Shown here one piece after another: positions 19,738 through 29,117 of a stretch of DNA of 64,000 bases. The DNA is taken from positions 31,499 to 95,498 of the forward strand of contig CAYVXV010000001.1 in the NCBI GenBank assembly GCA_964455555.1. Reading direction: 5' to 3'. This stretch comes from an uncultured Pseudomonadales bacterium (GTDB lineage Bacteria > Patescibacteriota > Microgenomatia > UBA1400 > PJMF01). Position 1 is the first letter of the stretch. Each line of letters opens with the position of its first letter. The notes beneath the pieces were generated by a model, which saw only the letters and a list, made by a program, of their open reading frames with translations, was not told the DNA's origin and did no database searches. A program made the position numbers and the translations under genes.

Positions 19738-20187
19738 TTATTTGCGGCCTGTGCTGCCAAAACCGCCCCTGTTCACAGTTTCAAAGGTTTCCAGTTCGAC
19801 AAACTCAACCTTGTCCCGCTTCAGGATAATCATCTGGACTATCCGCTCACCCTTCTCAATAACAACGTCCTGATCTGTAAAATTATAAAGAGCGGCCAGG
19901 TACTCATCATCATCGCCGCGGTAGTCATAATCACCAACACCAATGCCGTTGGCCAACATCACTCCGCGCTTATGCAGTGAACTTCGGGCGCTTACCAAAG
20001 CCCAATAACCTTCCGGCAGCTGCAAGGCTACATTCAGCGGAACATACCCGATGCCCCTGGCAGGGATATTTGTATCTTCCCTGGCATAAAGATCAAAAGC
20101 AGCTGCACCTTCGGTTTTATATTCGGGATGAGGCAGCGCTGGCTCAAACAATTTAATTTTGACTTGTATTTTGCCTTTACTGCTCAT
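19738..20187 (-). CDS. dut: dUTP diphosphatase
   Basis: 149 aa. AAAFDLYA, SARSSLHKRGVMLANGIGVGDYDYRGD and C-terminal GGFGSTG correspond to trimeric dUTPase motifs I to V. Confidence 0.85.
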   Translation of the reverse strand: MSSKGKIQVKIKLFEPALPHPEYKTEGAAAFDLYAREDTNIPARGIGYVPLNVALQLPEGYWALVSARSSLHKRGVMLANGIGVGDYDYRGDDDEYLAALYNFTDQDVVIEKGERIVQMIILKRDKVEFVELETFETVNRGGFGSTGRK

Positions 20188-20193
20188 TTGTTC

Positions 20194-20739
20194 CTACCTG
20201 TTTTTTAACTTGTATTCCAACATTAATACCTGGTCTGATAAGTTTTTAGTTGCTTTAAGAATCATCCGTTGATTTATCGGCTCGGTAAATAAGCTAACTC
20301 CCCGGCCAAAAACTACCGGCTCAATGGTGAGATAAAGCGACTCAACTAATCCGGACTTCATAAACATGGTGTAAATGCTCGCTCCACCCGAGACGGCTAG
20401 TTCAGTGTAGCCTTCTTTAGCTGCTTTCTTAACCAATTCTTCAGGGGGCATATTTACCGGTTCAACTTCGTCCGGATTAAAGGTGGCCAATGCCTCCGGA
20501 TTTCGGGTATAAACATAGATTTTTCTGCCAGGCAGAGGTTTGTTTATTGTCTTGAAAGTGGTTAAACCCATAACCAAAGCGCGGGCTGCCTTGGTCCGCT
20601 CTACAAAAAACTGCAAATCTTCTTTGCTGGTCCAGCTTGTGGAGACATCATCTGTCTCTTCAGCAATATATCCATCTGCAGTTAAAGCAACAATAATAAA
20701 GACGTGCATATGAGAGCATCCTAACAAGAAGTGGTTCAA
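20194..20739 (-). CDS. Dihydrofolate reductase-like (DHFR / RibD C-terminal family)
   Basis: 181 aa. IIVALTADGYIAEE... and KPLPGRKIYVYTR parallel the DHFR IAAL...GRPLPGRKNIIL blocks. Genomic context with thyA, dut and tmk. Confidence 0.6.
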   Translation of the reverse strand: MNHFLLGCSHMHVFIIVALTADGYIAEETDDVSTSWTSKEDLQFFVERTKAARALVMGLTTFKTINKPLPGRKIYVYTRNPEALATFNPDEVEPVNMPPEELVKKAAKEGYTELAVSGGASIYTMFMKSGLVESLYLTIEPVVFGRGVSLFTEPINQRMILKATKNLSDQVLMLEYKLKNR

Positions 20740-20789
20740 AAAACCAGGTGCCAGAACAACCCAAACTCTGCTATTAAGAAGGTGCTACA

Positions 20790-21371
20790 ATGCAAACTAG
20801 TATGAGCAACGCTGACAAAGTTATCTTAGATTATTCCGCGATCTCTCCCCTTGTCGATCAATACCGTCGCGCCGGCAAAAGCATTGTCCTTACTCAGGGT
20901 TCGTTTGACATGATCCACATTGGCCATGGCCGGTACCTTGAGGAAGCCAAAAAACATGGTGAGGTGCTTTTTGTTGGTGTTGACTGTGATGACAAGATCC
21001 GCCACCGAAAAGGCCCCGACCGCCCTATTGTCCCAGAGGAAGAGCGCTTAGAGATGCTTACCTATATGACAGCCGTAGATCACGCCGTGCTCAAACCGCT
21101 TAAAAAACCCAAGTGGGAGCTTATTAAAATCATCAAACCGGATGTACTAATCACTACCAAAGAAACCTACTCACCGGAGAAGATCAAGGAATTGGAAGAA
21201 ATCTGCGGCAAAGTGGTGGTTCTGGACCCCATGGCCACCACCTCCACCAGTGCAAAAATCCGCTTGGTTCAAATGGGTGCAGCCAGAAAATTAAGCACTA
21301 CCCTCACAGATAAGCTGATTGCCACTATTGAGGAAGTGCTGGACGAAGTAAAAGCCAGCGAAAAAGCCTGA
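20790..21371 (+). CDS. Cytidylyltransferase-fold nucleotidyltransferase (TagD / RfaE domain II-like)
   Basis: 193 aa. GSFDMIHIGHGRYLEEAKKHG is the (H/T)xGH nucleotidyltransferase motif, with the same spacing as glycerol-3-phosphate cytidylyltransferase and heptose-1-P adenylyltransferase. GAAGGTG SD upstream. Substrate unknown. Confidence 0.6.
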   Translation: MQTSMSNADKVILDYSAISPLVDQYRRAGKSIVLTQGSFDMIHIGHGRYLEEAKKHGEVLFVGVDCDDKIRHRKGPDRPIVPEEERLEMLTYMTAVDHAVLKPLKKPKWELIKIIKPDVLITTKETYSPEKIKELEEICGKVVVLDPMATTSTSAKIRLVQMGAARKLSTTLTDKLIATIEEVLDEVKASEKA

Positions 21372-21373
21372 AC

Positions 21374-22210
21374 ATGAAACCAGTTATCATTGCCTATATC
21401 CCGGTTCTCCACCGCGGCTACAAAAATTTTCTAGAGAAACATAAAAAAGCGGAATCGCTTTTCCTAATTACCTCCGAGCTGGATAGCGGGCTCGATTACC
21501 TAAACAAAGAAATCCGCGCCCTCAGCGCAGATGATGTAAAAACCGCCATCAATTCTTGGGGGCTGGGCTTTAAGACTCAAGCTCTCACTCTTCAGATTCT
21601 TAAGAACCTCGCCCAAAATAAACAACCAATAATTATCCCCCGCGAAGATATATCCGACCTGGTGGCCAAACGCTTTCTTCCTGAAAACCCTGTTGAAATT
21701 GATGAGATTTTTCTCAGATGGGACCGGAATAATACGCTGGAAGAAAGATCCATTGCCACCGATAAAACCATTCGGGCGATTGACTTTGGCAAGCATATTG
21801 CTGAAGCAGGCAACAAAGAAGCAGAACTCAGCTCAGATTGGTGGCGGCAGGTCGGCGCCGTTGCCTTTAAAGGAAGCCAAATACTCCTTTCCGGGCACAA
21901 CCGCCATCTTCCCACAGATCACCAGCCTTACTTTGACGGAGACCCTAGAAATGCATTTTCAAAAGGCACTAACATTGAGCTCTCCATCGCCATCCATGCC
22001 GAAGCCAGCGTGATAGCCCAAGCTGCCAAAGAAGGAATAAGCCTAAACGGCACGGAAATGTATGTCACCACTTTCCCATGCCCTCCCTGCGCCAAACTCA
22101 TCGCGGAAAGCGGAATTAAAACACTTTACTTCTCAGATGGGTATGGCGTGCTGGACGGTCAAAATGTCCTTAAAAACGCCGGAGTAAAACTGGTAAAAGT
22201 TGAGCCTTAA
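21374..22210 (+). CDS. dCMP/CMP deaminase-family zinc deaminase with about 150-aa N-terminal domain of unknown function
   Basis: 278 aa. C-terminal HAEASVI...PCPPCAKLI is the cytidine/deoxycytidylate deaminase H-A-E / P-C-x-x-C zinc motif. The first ~150 aa match nothing I recognise. Start is 3 nt after the upstream gene stop. Confidence 0.7.
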   Translation: MKPVIIAYIPVLHRGYKNFLEKHKKAESLFLITSELDSGLDYLNKEIRALSADDVKTAINSWGLGFKTQALTLQILKNLAQNKQPIIIPREDISDLVAKRFLPENPVEIDEIFLRWDRNNTLEERSIATDKTIRAIDFGKHIAEAGNKEAELSSDWWRQVGAVAFKGSQILLSGHNRHLPTDHQPYFDGDPRNAFSKGTNIELSIAIHAEASVIAQAAKEGISLNGTEMYVTTFPCPPCAKLIAESGIKTLYFSDGYGVLDGQNVLKNAGVKLVKVEP

Positions 22211-22275
22211 TGTTTAACGCCCTATCGGCTTAACGCACTTGCGCTTTGTACCCTGGTATTTTTCGCCCCAACAGA

Positions 22276-22743
22276 CTATCTGCCAAGTTTTTCGGGTGAT
22301 TTTCCCAGAGTCACTTTAACCGAACGGTATCCGTCCGCCTCAAGATCAGGCGAGATTAATTGAGCATGTATGTGCTGGACACTGCCGGCAGAATGATTGG
22401 TATCACCAAAGCGCATGATTAAGCCCCCTCCGGGAATCTCAAATTTATCCTGAGCCCACTGCGCCAATTTCAACAATTCTTTGCCCGATTCAGGATCCAT
22501 CTCCCGCAGGTCTTCAGCGTGTGATTTGTAGATAAGAAGAAAGTGCGCTCTGGTAAATTCATATGGCCACTGGTTGGTGGTTAAGAGCCAGTGCTCTCCC
22601 TCTTTCAAAATTTCCTGTTTGTTGTACTTTTGAAAGTTCTCCGGGCAAAAGGGGCAGCCGCCATCCTCAACGATTTGCCTCATCACATCTGCCTGGTCAG
22701 CTTCGCGGGCATTGTCCAAGTCTACATGTTTCTTGCTGTTCAT
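22276..22743 (-). CDS. HIT-family (histidine triad) nucleotide hydrolase/transferase
   Basis: 155 aa. N-terminal CPFC, and the HIT motif SVQHIHAQLI (H-x-H-x-H-x-x). Confidence 0.7.
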   Translation of the reverse strand: MNSKKHVDLDNAREADQADVMRQIVEDGGCPFCPENFQKYNKQEILKEGEHWLLTTNQWPYEFTRAHFLLIYKSHAEDLREMDPESGKELLKLAQWAQDKFEIPGGGLIMRFGDTNHSAGSVQHIHAQLISPDLEADGYRSVKVTLGKSPEKLGR

Positions 22744-22752
22744 TATTTGCTC

Positions 22753-23667
22753 CTAAATTGCTACCGGTATTGCCGCTATACCAGGATGCGGGTCATAATC
22801 GCTGAGTTCAAAGTCTTCATGCCTAAATGCGAATAAATCATCTTTTTTGTCAGCATTTAACTTCATGGTTGGGAAAGGCCTGGGATCGCGGCTAAGCATC
22901 TTCTCAACCGCCGGAACCTGGTCTACGTAAATATGCGCGTCAGAAAAACTATGAACATACTCATATGGTTCCAAACCCGTTAATTGAGCAATCATCATTA
23001 GCAAAGCTGAATATTGTGTGATGTTGGCTGGCACGCCTATCGGCACATCAGCCGAGCGCTGAATCATATGCAAAGTAAGCTTGTTATCAATCACCCTGAG
23101 ATGCACCCAGCCATGGCACGGGCAAACCACCACTTTCTGCTGTTTGCCTTTGCCCCGGATAGTGTATTGGGGAATCCATGGTGTAATGAAATGAGTTCTT
23201 AAGTGCGGCAGCTCCATGATCTGCTCAACAATATTTTTAAATTGATTATAGGTGTCGCCGTCGGCGGTCGGAAAATCATGAAAGGCCGCGCCATAAGAAC
23301 CGGGACCAAGGTCTCCGGTTTCAAGACCTCGTTTTTTGCACTTAGCCTCTGTTCCCCAGGGCTCCCACCAGTAACAACCATATTCTTCCAATTGTTCCAA
23401 AGTGCGGGCACCATTGATAAAACCAATAATTTCAGCGATTGCCTGACGCCAAACCGTCACCGGCAGCCGCTCGGATTCTTTGGGAGCCATATTGCGTTCA
23501 GTTATAAGAGGAAAGCCGTTTTCCAGCTTAAAATGCAAAGGCTTGGGGCCAATCAATGTTAAAGCATCAACGCCTTGTTGGCTTTTGACTCTGACGCCGT
23601 TTTCCAAAATGTCACGAAGCAAATCCTGGTACTGAGTGTCGGGGGTTCGTTTTGCAAATGTCTTCAC
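22753..23667 (-). CDS. thyA: Thymidylate synthase (ThyA type), with insertions
   Basis: 304 aa. FPLITERNMA, catalytic CPCH, RSADVPIGVPANITQYSALL, DAHIYVDQ, and C-terminal FRHEDFELSDYDPHPGIAAIPVAI align closely to E. coli ThyA blocks. Confidence 0.85.
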   Translation of the reverse strand: MKTFAKRTPDTQYQDLLRDILENGVRVKSQQGVDALTLIGPKPLHFKLENGFPLITERNMAPKESERLPVTVWRQAIAEIIGFINGARTLEQLEEYGCYWWEPWGTEAKCKKRGLETGDLGPGSYGAAFHDFPTADGDTYNQFKNIVEQIMELPHLRTHFITPWIPQYTIRGKGKQQKVVVCPCHGWVHLRVIDNKLTLHMIQRSADVPIGVPANITQYSALLMMIAQLTGLEPYEYVHSFSDAHIYVDQVPAVEKMLSRDPRPFPTMKLNADKKDDLFAFRHEDFELSDYDPHPGIAAIPVAI

Positions 23668-23728
23668 CTGCTCCTTTCGGTATTTAGATTATCAGCAAAA
23701 ACCTAGCTGTCCATGGCAGAGCGAATCG

Positions 23729-24289
23729 CTAGCCTAGGTACAACTCCTGTGCTTCAATATAATCTAAGACACGCTCATCTACAAGCCCGCTAATATCCTC
23801 GCCTGACCGGTGTTTTTCTCTGACCTCTGTAGAGGAAATTTTAACAGTCGGCACATCTTCCAAAGCTGTCATGTGCGGATAAACAGGTTCCATGGGAAAG
23901 CCCTCGCGCGGATAAATTAAAAAAGGGAAATCCAGCAACAGCGGATGGCCTTTAAGAAAATCGTCAAACTTCGGCAGGTATTCTGAACCCATTACCCAAA
24001 AAATTTGATCATCCGGATTTTGCTTAGAGAAGTGAATTAAGGTGTCGTAGGTATAGCTAACCTGTTTAAAGTGAACGACTTTTTGATTTTCGCCCACTAT
24101 TCTCTCAAGCATTGCAACCCGGTGGTCGTAAGCAGAAAATTGTTTGCCCAAACGGGCTGCCCAGGGGTGTTCGAAGACGGGGACAAACCACAGTTCATCC
24201 AAGTATCCCTGTTCAAGCAAAGCTGAAGCAACCTGCTGATGGCCGAGGTGCGGCGGGTCAAAGGTGCCTCCGAATAAACCTATTTTCAT
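23729..24289 (-). CDS. nadD: Nicotinate-nucleotide adenylyltransferase
   Basis: 186 aa. GLFGGTFDPPHLGH nucleotidyltransferase motif and the SSTEVR ATP-binding motif near the C-terminus. Confidence 0.85.
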   Translation of the reverse strand: MKIGLFGGTFDPPHLGHQQVASALLEQGYLDELWFVPVFEHPWAARLGKQFSAYDHRVAMLERIVGENQKVVHFKQVSYTYDTLIHFSKQNPDDQIFWVMGSEYLPKFDDFLKGHPLLLDFPFLIYPREGFPMEPVYPHMTALEDVPTVKISSTEVREKHRSGEDISGLVDERVLDYIEAQELYLG

Positions 24290-24330
24290 ATGGAGTTAAT
24301 GCAGCATTTTCCTAGCTGTTGCCTGACGTG

Positions 24331-26547
24331 TTATTTTTTTGTTTTCCGCGCGGTTTTTTTGGCAGCGGTTTTCTTTTTGGCAGTGGCTTTTTTCTTTTTT
24401 ACTGACGCCTTGGCATCTGCGTTTTTAGCCCTGCTGGCCAGCCACTTTTTCTTTTTTTCTTCGCGGGCTTTTTGTGAGATGGCCCACTCTTCTTTAGTGA
24501 TTGTATCTCCTGGTTTTGGCTCCTGCCAGCTGGCCCAGTCGCATTTGGGGTAAAGGCTGCAGCCATAGAACTGTTTGCCCCAGCGGGTGTTCTTGACAAT
24601 GACTTCTCCATCTTTGCAGAGAGGGCATTTAACCCCTTCTACCGTCTGAACAATATTCTCGGTAAACTTGCACTCCGGGAAGCGGCTGCAGCTTTTAAAC
24701 TTGCCGAACCTGCCTGAACGGATGACAATTTCACCTTTCTCAGTCTGGCCGCACTCCGGGCAGATTTCCCCGGTTTTCTCTACAGGGACTTGCATTCTTA
24801 CGGCATCTTCGGACACTGTCTCCACCCGCTTGTGGAACGGTTTGTAAAATTTAGCCACAACCTTGGTCCACTCGTTTTCTCCCCTGGCAATGCTGTCCAA
24901 GTCATCTTCCATGCCTGCGGTAAATTCATATTCCATAAAAGTGTCAAAGTGCTTCATCAGGAAGTCAGTAACGGTCATACCGATAGGTGTGGCAAAGAAA
25001 CGCTTCTGCTGCTTTTCGACATAGCCCCGGTCTTCAATAACTGAAATGATTGAGGCATAAGTGCTCGGCCTGCCGATATCCATTTTTTCCAAAGTTTTAA
25101 TTAATGATGCATCGTTGTAGCGTGCTGGCGGCTGGGTAAATTTCTGCTGGAAGTTTTGATCCACATATTCAAGCACTTGCCTTGGCTCTACCGGAGGGAT
25201 AAGGACATCGTCGCCGTCCTTGAACAACTTCATCCAGCCATCAAAAGTTAAAATTGAACCCACGGTTTTTAATGCAACTATTTTGATGGCTCCTGATTTT
25301 TTGGGGGTGCACTCAGTTAGAACGACAGTCTGATCATAAACGGCTGCCTCCATCTGGCTGGCCACAAATCGCCTCCAGATAAGATCGTACAGTTGTACAT
25401 GCCTTTTGGTGAAACGCTTGCTCTTGGCTAAAATGCTTTCAGCCTTTTCCATCACCTCGGTTACCCGGATGGCCTCATGGGCTTCTTGTGCATTCTTGCT
25501 CTTGGAACTGAATGCTCTTGGCTTGGAAGGCAGATACTTGCTGCCAAAATTCTGTTCTACGTAATTTCTGGCCATCTCGATTGATGACGATGATAGTGAA
25601 ACCGAATCAGTCCGGTGATAGGTGATCAAACCCTCTTCATAAAGGTCTTGAGCCAACCTCATGGTTTGCTTACCGCTCATACCCAAGCTGGTGGCAGCCT
25701 TCTGCTGCAAAGTTGAGGTTGTGAAGGGAGGCAGGCTCACGCGCCGGCGCTCCTTTTTATCTACCTGAGCAACAACATATTTTCCCTCAGACAACACGTC
25801 CTTGAGCGGAGCAACATCGGCCGCTTTTTTAGGTTCAAATTTGCCCTTGTTTACTTCTATCACTCTGCCAATCAAGATTGATGGCGGCAAATCTTCTAAA
25901 AGCGAACCCTCCTTGAAGGCTTTTTGGGCAGCTTTGACCGGGTCGACCGACATCGCTACATCTACTTCCCAATATTCCTCTGGTACAAATGCTTCAATTT
26001 CCCGCTCACGTTCAACAATCAGCCGCAGAGCAACTGACTGCACTCTGCCGGCAGAGAGGCCCCGCCTGATTTTTTTCCAGAGCACCGGGGAAACTTCATA
26101 TCCTACCAACCGATCAACCACCCGGCGGGCCTGCTGGGCATCAACCAAATCCATGTTTATTTTTCCGGGAGATTCAATAGCTCTGGAAACCGCCGGCTTG
26201 GTTATCTCATGAAAAGATGCCCTGAAGAAATCTTTGTTTTTTACGGACTTATTATTTTCCAGGATATGCTGAACATGCCAAGCAATAGCCTCACCTTCTC
26301 GGTCGGGGTCAGTTGCCAGATAGATTTTCTCTGCTTTTTTGGCTTCTGCAACCAGCTTATCAACCACCTTCTGTTTACCGGGTGAGACCGCATAAGTAGG
26401 TTCAAAATTTTTCTCTATGTCGATATTGAGGCCGCTTTTTGGCAAATCACGGATATGGCCGACTGATGCCTCTACCTGAAAGCCGTCGCCCAAGTATTGC
26501 TTGAGCTTTCTAGCTTTAGTTGGAGACTCTACTACTACTAAGTTCAT
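24331..26547 (-). CDS. topA: DNA topoisomerase I
   Basis: 738 aa. Toprim start MNLVVVESPTKARKL, active-site region, three C-terminal C4 zinc-ribbon motifs, and a Lys-rich tail. Confidence 0.9.
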   Translation of the reverse strand: MNLVVVESPTKARKLKQYLGDGFQVEASVGHIRDLPKSGLNIDIEKNFEPTYAVSPGKQKVVDKLVAEAKKAEKIYLATDPDREGEAIAWHVQHILENNKSVKNKDFFRASFHEITKPAVSRAIESPGKINMDLVDAQQARRVVDRLVGYEVSPVLWKKIRRGLSAGRVQSVALRLIVEREREIEAFVPEEYWEVDVAMSVDPVKAAQKAFKEGSLLEDLPPSILIGRVIEVNKGKFEPKKAADVAPLKDVLSEGKYVVAQVDKKERRRVSLPPFTTSTLQQKAATSLGMSGKQTMRLAQDLYEEGLITYHRTDSVSLSSSSIEMARNYVEQNFGSKYLPSKPRAFSSKSKNAQEAHEAIRVTEVMEKAESILAKSKRFTKRHVQLYDLIWRRFVASQMEAAVYDQTVVLTECTPKKSGAIKIVALKTVGSILTFDGWMKLFKDGDDVLIPPVEPRQVLEYVDQNFQQKFTQPPARYNDASLIKTLEKMDIGRPSTYASIISVIEDRGYVEKQQKRFFATPIGMTVTDFLMKHFDTFMEYEFTAGMEDDLDSIARGENEWTKVVAKFYKPFHKRVETVSEDAVRMQVPVEKTGEICPECGQTEKGEIVIRSGRFGKFKSCSRFPECKFTENIVQTVEGVKCPLCKDGEVIVKNTRWGKQFYGCSLYPKCDWASWQEPKPGDTITKEEWAISQKAREEKKKKWLASRAKNADAKASVKKKKATAKKKTAAKKTARKTKK

Positions 26548-26571
26548 AATTTCTTTCTCGTTTTTTCTGCA

Positions 26572-27720
26572 TTAAGATGCGGCTACAGTCCACAGCACGC
26601 CATCTTTTCTTAATAAGCCGCGCAGCTCCAAATCTGTCAGCAATGTGTTTAATTTTACAACAGAGAGCTGAACTTGTTGATGCAATGCTTCGCTGTCCAG
26701 CGGTTGAGCCATTAGCATATCATATATGATTTTTTCTATTTCGCTATGGAAAAGCGGCCATTTTTCAACTTTTCCTCCTGAATCTCCATTGGTATTCGTC
26801 CATTCTGCACCGCTGTTTTGCAAAGCTTCTATCACTTCCCGGCCTGAGGTAACTAGCTGAGAGCCCTCGTTGATTAACCACTTAGTCCCCTCGCTATACG
26901 GACTGGTAAAAGGGCCAGGCACTGCAAATACTAGCCGGCTTTCATCGAGAGCTGCTTGAGCAGTGATATGTGATCCGCTTTTGCGGGCAGCTTCGATCAC
27001 CACCACTCCTTGCGCCATCCCGGCTACTATACGGTTGCGAACGGGAAAATGCCCCGGCATCGGCCCAACATGCGGGGCAAACTCGGAAATAATGGTGCCG
27101 CCACCGGCTAAGATTTCATCAAAAAGCTGCTGGTTAGAACGGGGAAACAAAAAATTAAAACCATATCCCAAGATACCAACCGTTAATCCTTGCCCCTCAA
27201 GCGCCGCTCTATGCGCCTCACTATCTATTCCATACATAAATCCCGAAACTATTGTGGCATTTTGGCTAACTAAGTCCGAAACAATTTGGCTTACTGCCAA
27301 CTTTCCATATGCTGTTGCCCGACGCGTGCCCACTACCGCAATTGAGGTTGTAGTTTTTAATGCTTTTAAACTGCCTTTAACAAACAACAAAACAGGCCGG
27401 TCGGCCGTTTCTAAAAGCAGCGGCGGATAAGACCGGCTGAACTCGTTTACTAAAAATATGTCCTGCGACAATAGGTACTCTTTATATGAGTTTATTGTGT
27501 ATTCATTTTTAAAGGTTTTTATGCCATCTATCTGCTTATTATTAAAGACCAAGTTTGTCACTTTTACCGGTAGTTCAGCCCAAAATTCACTAAAGTCAAT
27601 TTCGTATTTTTGTAGGGTGATTGCCAGCTTTCGGATGGTGCTTCTGCCTATGCCATTTACCGCGGTTAAAGCAGCTGTTTGGGCTGCAGTTAAATTCATA
27701 GTACTATTATTTTTACTCAT
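26572..27720 (-). CDS. dprA: DNA processing protein DprA (Smf)
   Basis: 382 aa. Rossmann-like DprA core with VVGTRRATAYG and GFMYGIDSEAHRAAL, plus an N-terminal SAM-like domain. Confidence 0.85.
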   Translation of the reverse strand: MSKNNSTMNLTAAQTAALTAVNGIGRSTIRKLAITLQKYEIDFSEFWAELPVKVTNLVFNNKQIDGIKTFKNEYTINSYKEYLLSQDIFLVNEFSRSYPPLLLETADRPVLLFVKGSLKALKTTTSIAVVGTRRATAYGKLAVSQIVSDLVSQNATIVSGFMYGIDSEAHRAALEGQGLTVGILGYGFNFLFPRSNQQLFDEILAGGGTIISEFAPHVGPMPGHFPVRNRIVAGMAQGVVVIEAARKSGSHITAQAALDESRLVFAVPGPFTSPYSEGTKWLINEGSQLVTSGREVIEALQNSGAEWTNTNGDSGGKVEKWPLFHSEIEKIIYDMLMAQPLDSEALHQQVQLSVVKLNTLLTDLELRGLLRKDGVLWTVAAS

Positions 27721-27770
27721 TGCCCTACCCTAACAGCCGACTCTGTCCTGAACTGTAGTACAATTGAAAT

Positions 27771-29117
27771 ATGTTCAAGCAATCCCTGTCATTAGCGGTT
27801 CTCTGGTATTTAAAAGCATTGGCTAAGATCCAGCTTAAGAAAGTCTCCCCTCAAATTATAGGAATAACTGGTACAGCCGGTAAAACAAGCACCCAAGCAG
27901 CAGCAGCCGCTGTCCTCAAAGATGCTCAAAAAATTAAGATCGGCCACAAAGCCAACTCGGAGAGCGGCATCCCGCTGAATATTTTAGGGCTGGGCATCCA
28001 AACTTATAAACCATTGGAATGGCTGAAACTGCTCATCCAAGCTCCGATTGCTTTAGTTTTTAACTGGGATAAGTACGACACTTATATAGTAGAAATGGCT
28101 ATAGACAGCCCGGAACCGCCAAAAAATATGACTTACCTGCTGAGCATTATTCAGCCTCATATAGGAGTTTTTCTCAATGCTAAGCCGATGCACAGCCTGC
28201 AGTTTGATCATTTAGCCAAAGCCACTAAGCCAGGTGAACGCTCCAAAGAAATAGCCGGGTTAATTGCTGAAGAAAAAGGCAAATTAATAACATCTCTGCC
28301 AAATAACGGTTTTGCCATACTCAATATTGATGATCCGGAGGTAGCTCCCTTTCAGAAAAGAACCAAAGCCAAAGTTATCACTTTTGGCGTGAGTGAAAAA
28401 GCTGATATTCAAATCAAATCAGTCAAACCAAGCTTAAAAGGAACTGAGTTTAAATTTGCCTACGATGGAAACAATTTGACGCTGAGGTTATCCAATTATG
28501 TGCTGCCAAACTATTTTGGGCATACTTTTGCTGCTGCACTAGCGGTGGCTGTCAGCCAAAATATTCCGCCGGAGGCTGCAATCCGCTCAATCAGCAAAAA
28601 TTTAGCACTGCCTCCAGGCAGGTCCTCACTCATTGCCGCCAAAAACGGCTCTTTTATAATTGACAGCTCCTACAATTCGTCCGCAGACCCCACAATTGGT
28701 GCGCTGGAGCTGCTAAACAGCATCGCTCCCAAAAAGAAATATGCGCTATTGGGTGATATCCGTGAATTGGGTTCAGCGGCGGCTTATGAACACCAAAGGG
28801 TGGCTAAGAAAGCAGCTGAGGTTTGTGACGCAGTGGCTTTGGTTGGCCCGCAGATGAAAGAGTATGTGCTGCCGATTTTAGAAGCAGCCGGCAAGGAGGC
28901 GCATTGGTTTCCCAATGCTTCGGCTGCTGCAGTATTTTTTCAAGACAAACTTAGTAAAGATGATGTGCTGTTAGTTAAAGGTTCGCAGAACACCCTGCTT
29001 TTGGAAATTGCAGTAGAAAAACTTATGCTTCACCCTGAGGATGCTGAAAAATTGCTCTGCCGCCGCGGGGGCTACTGGAATGATCAGCGGGACTTGCTTC
29101 TGGCAAATAAAAATTAA
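27771..29117 (+). CDS. Mur ligase family protein (MurF-like, short N-terminus)
   Basis: 448 aa. P-loop IIGITGTAGKTST near the N-terminus, plus Mur ligase central and C-terminal domain patterns (DSSYNSSADP...LLGDIRELG). Exact Mur paralog not assignable. Confidence 0.6.
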   Translation: MFKQSLSLAVLWYLKALAKIQLKKVSPQIIGITGTAGKTSTQAAAAAVLKDAQKIKIGHKANSESGIPLNILGLGIQTYKPLEWLKLLIQAPIALVFNWDKYDTYIVEMAIDSPEPPKNMTYLLSIIQPHIGVFLNAKPMHSLQFDHLAKATKPGERSKEIAGLIAEEKGKLITSLPNNGFAILNIDDPEVAPFQKRTKAKVITFGVSEKADIQIKSVKPSLKGTEFKFAYDGNNLTLRLSNYVLPNYFGHTFAAALAVAVSQNIPPEAAIRSISKNLALPPGRSSLIAAKNGSFIIDSSYNSSADPTIGALELLNSIAPKKKYALLGDIRELGSAAAYEHQRVAKKAAEVCDAVALVGPQMKEYVLPILEAAGKEAHWFPNASAAAVFFQDKLSKDDVLLVKGSQNTLLLEIAVEKLMLHPEDAEKLLCRRGGYWNDQRDLLLANKN

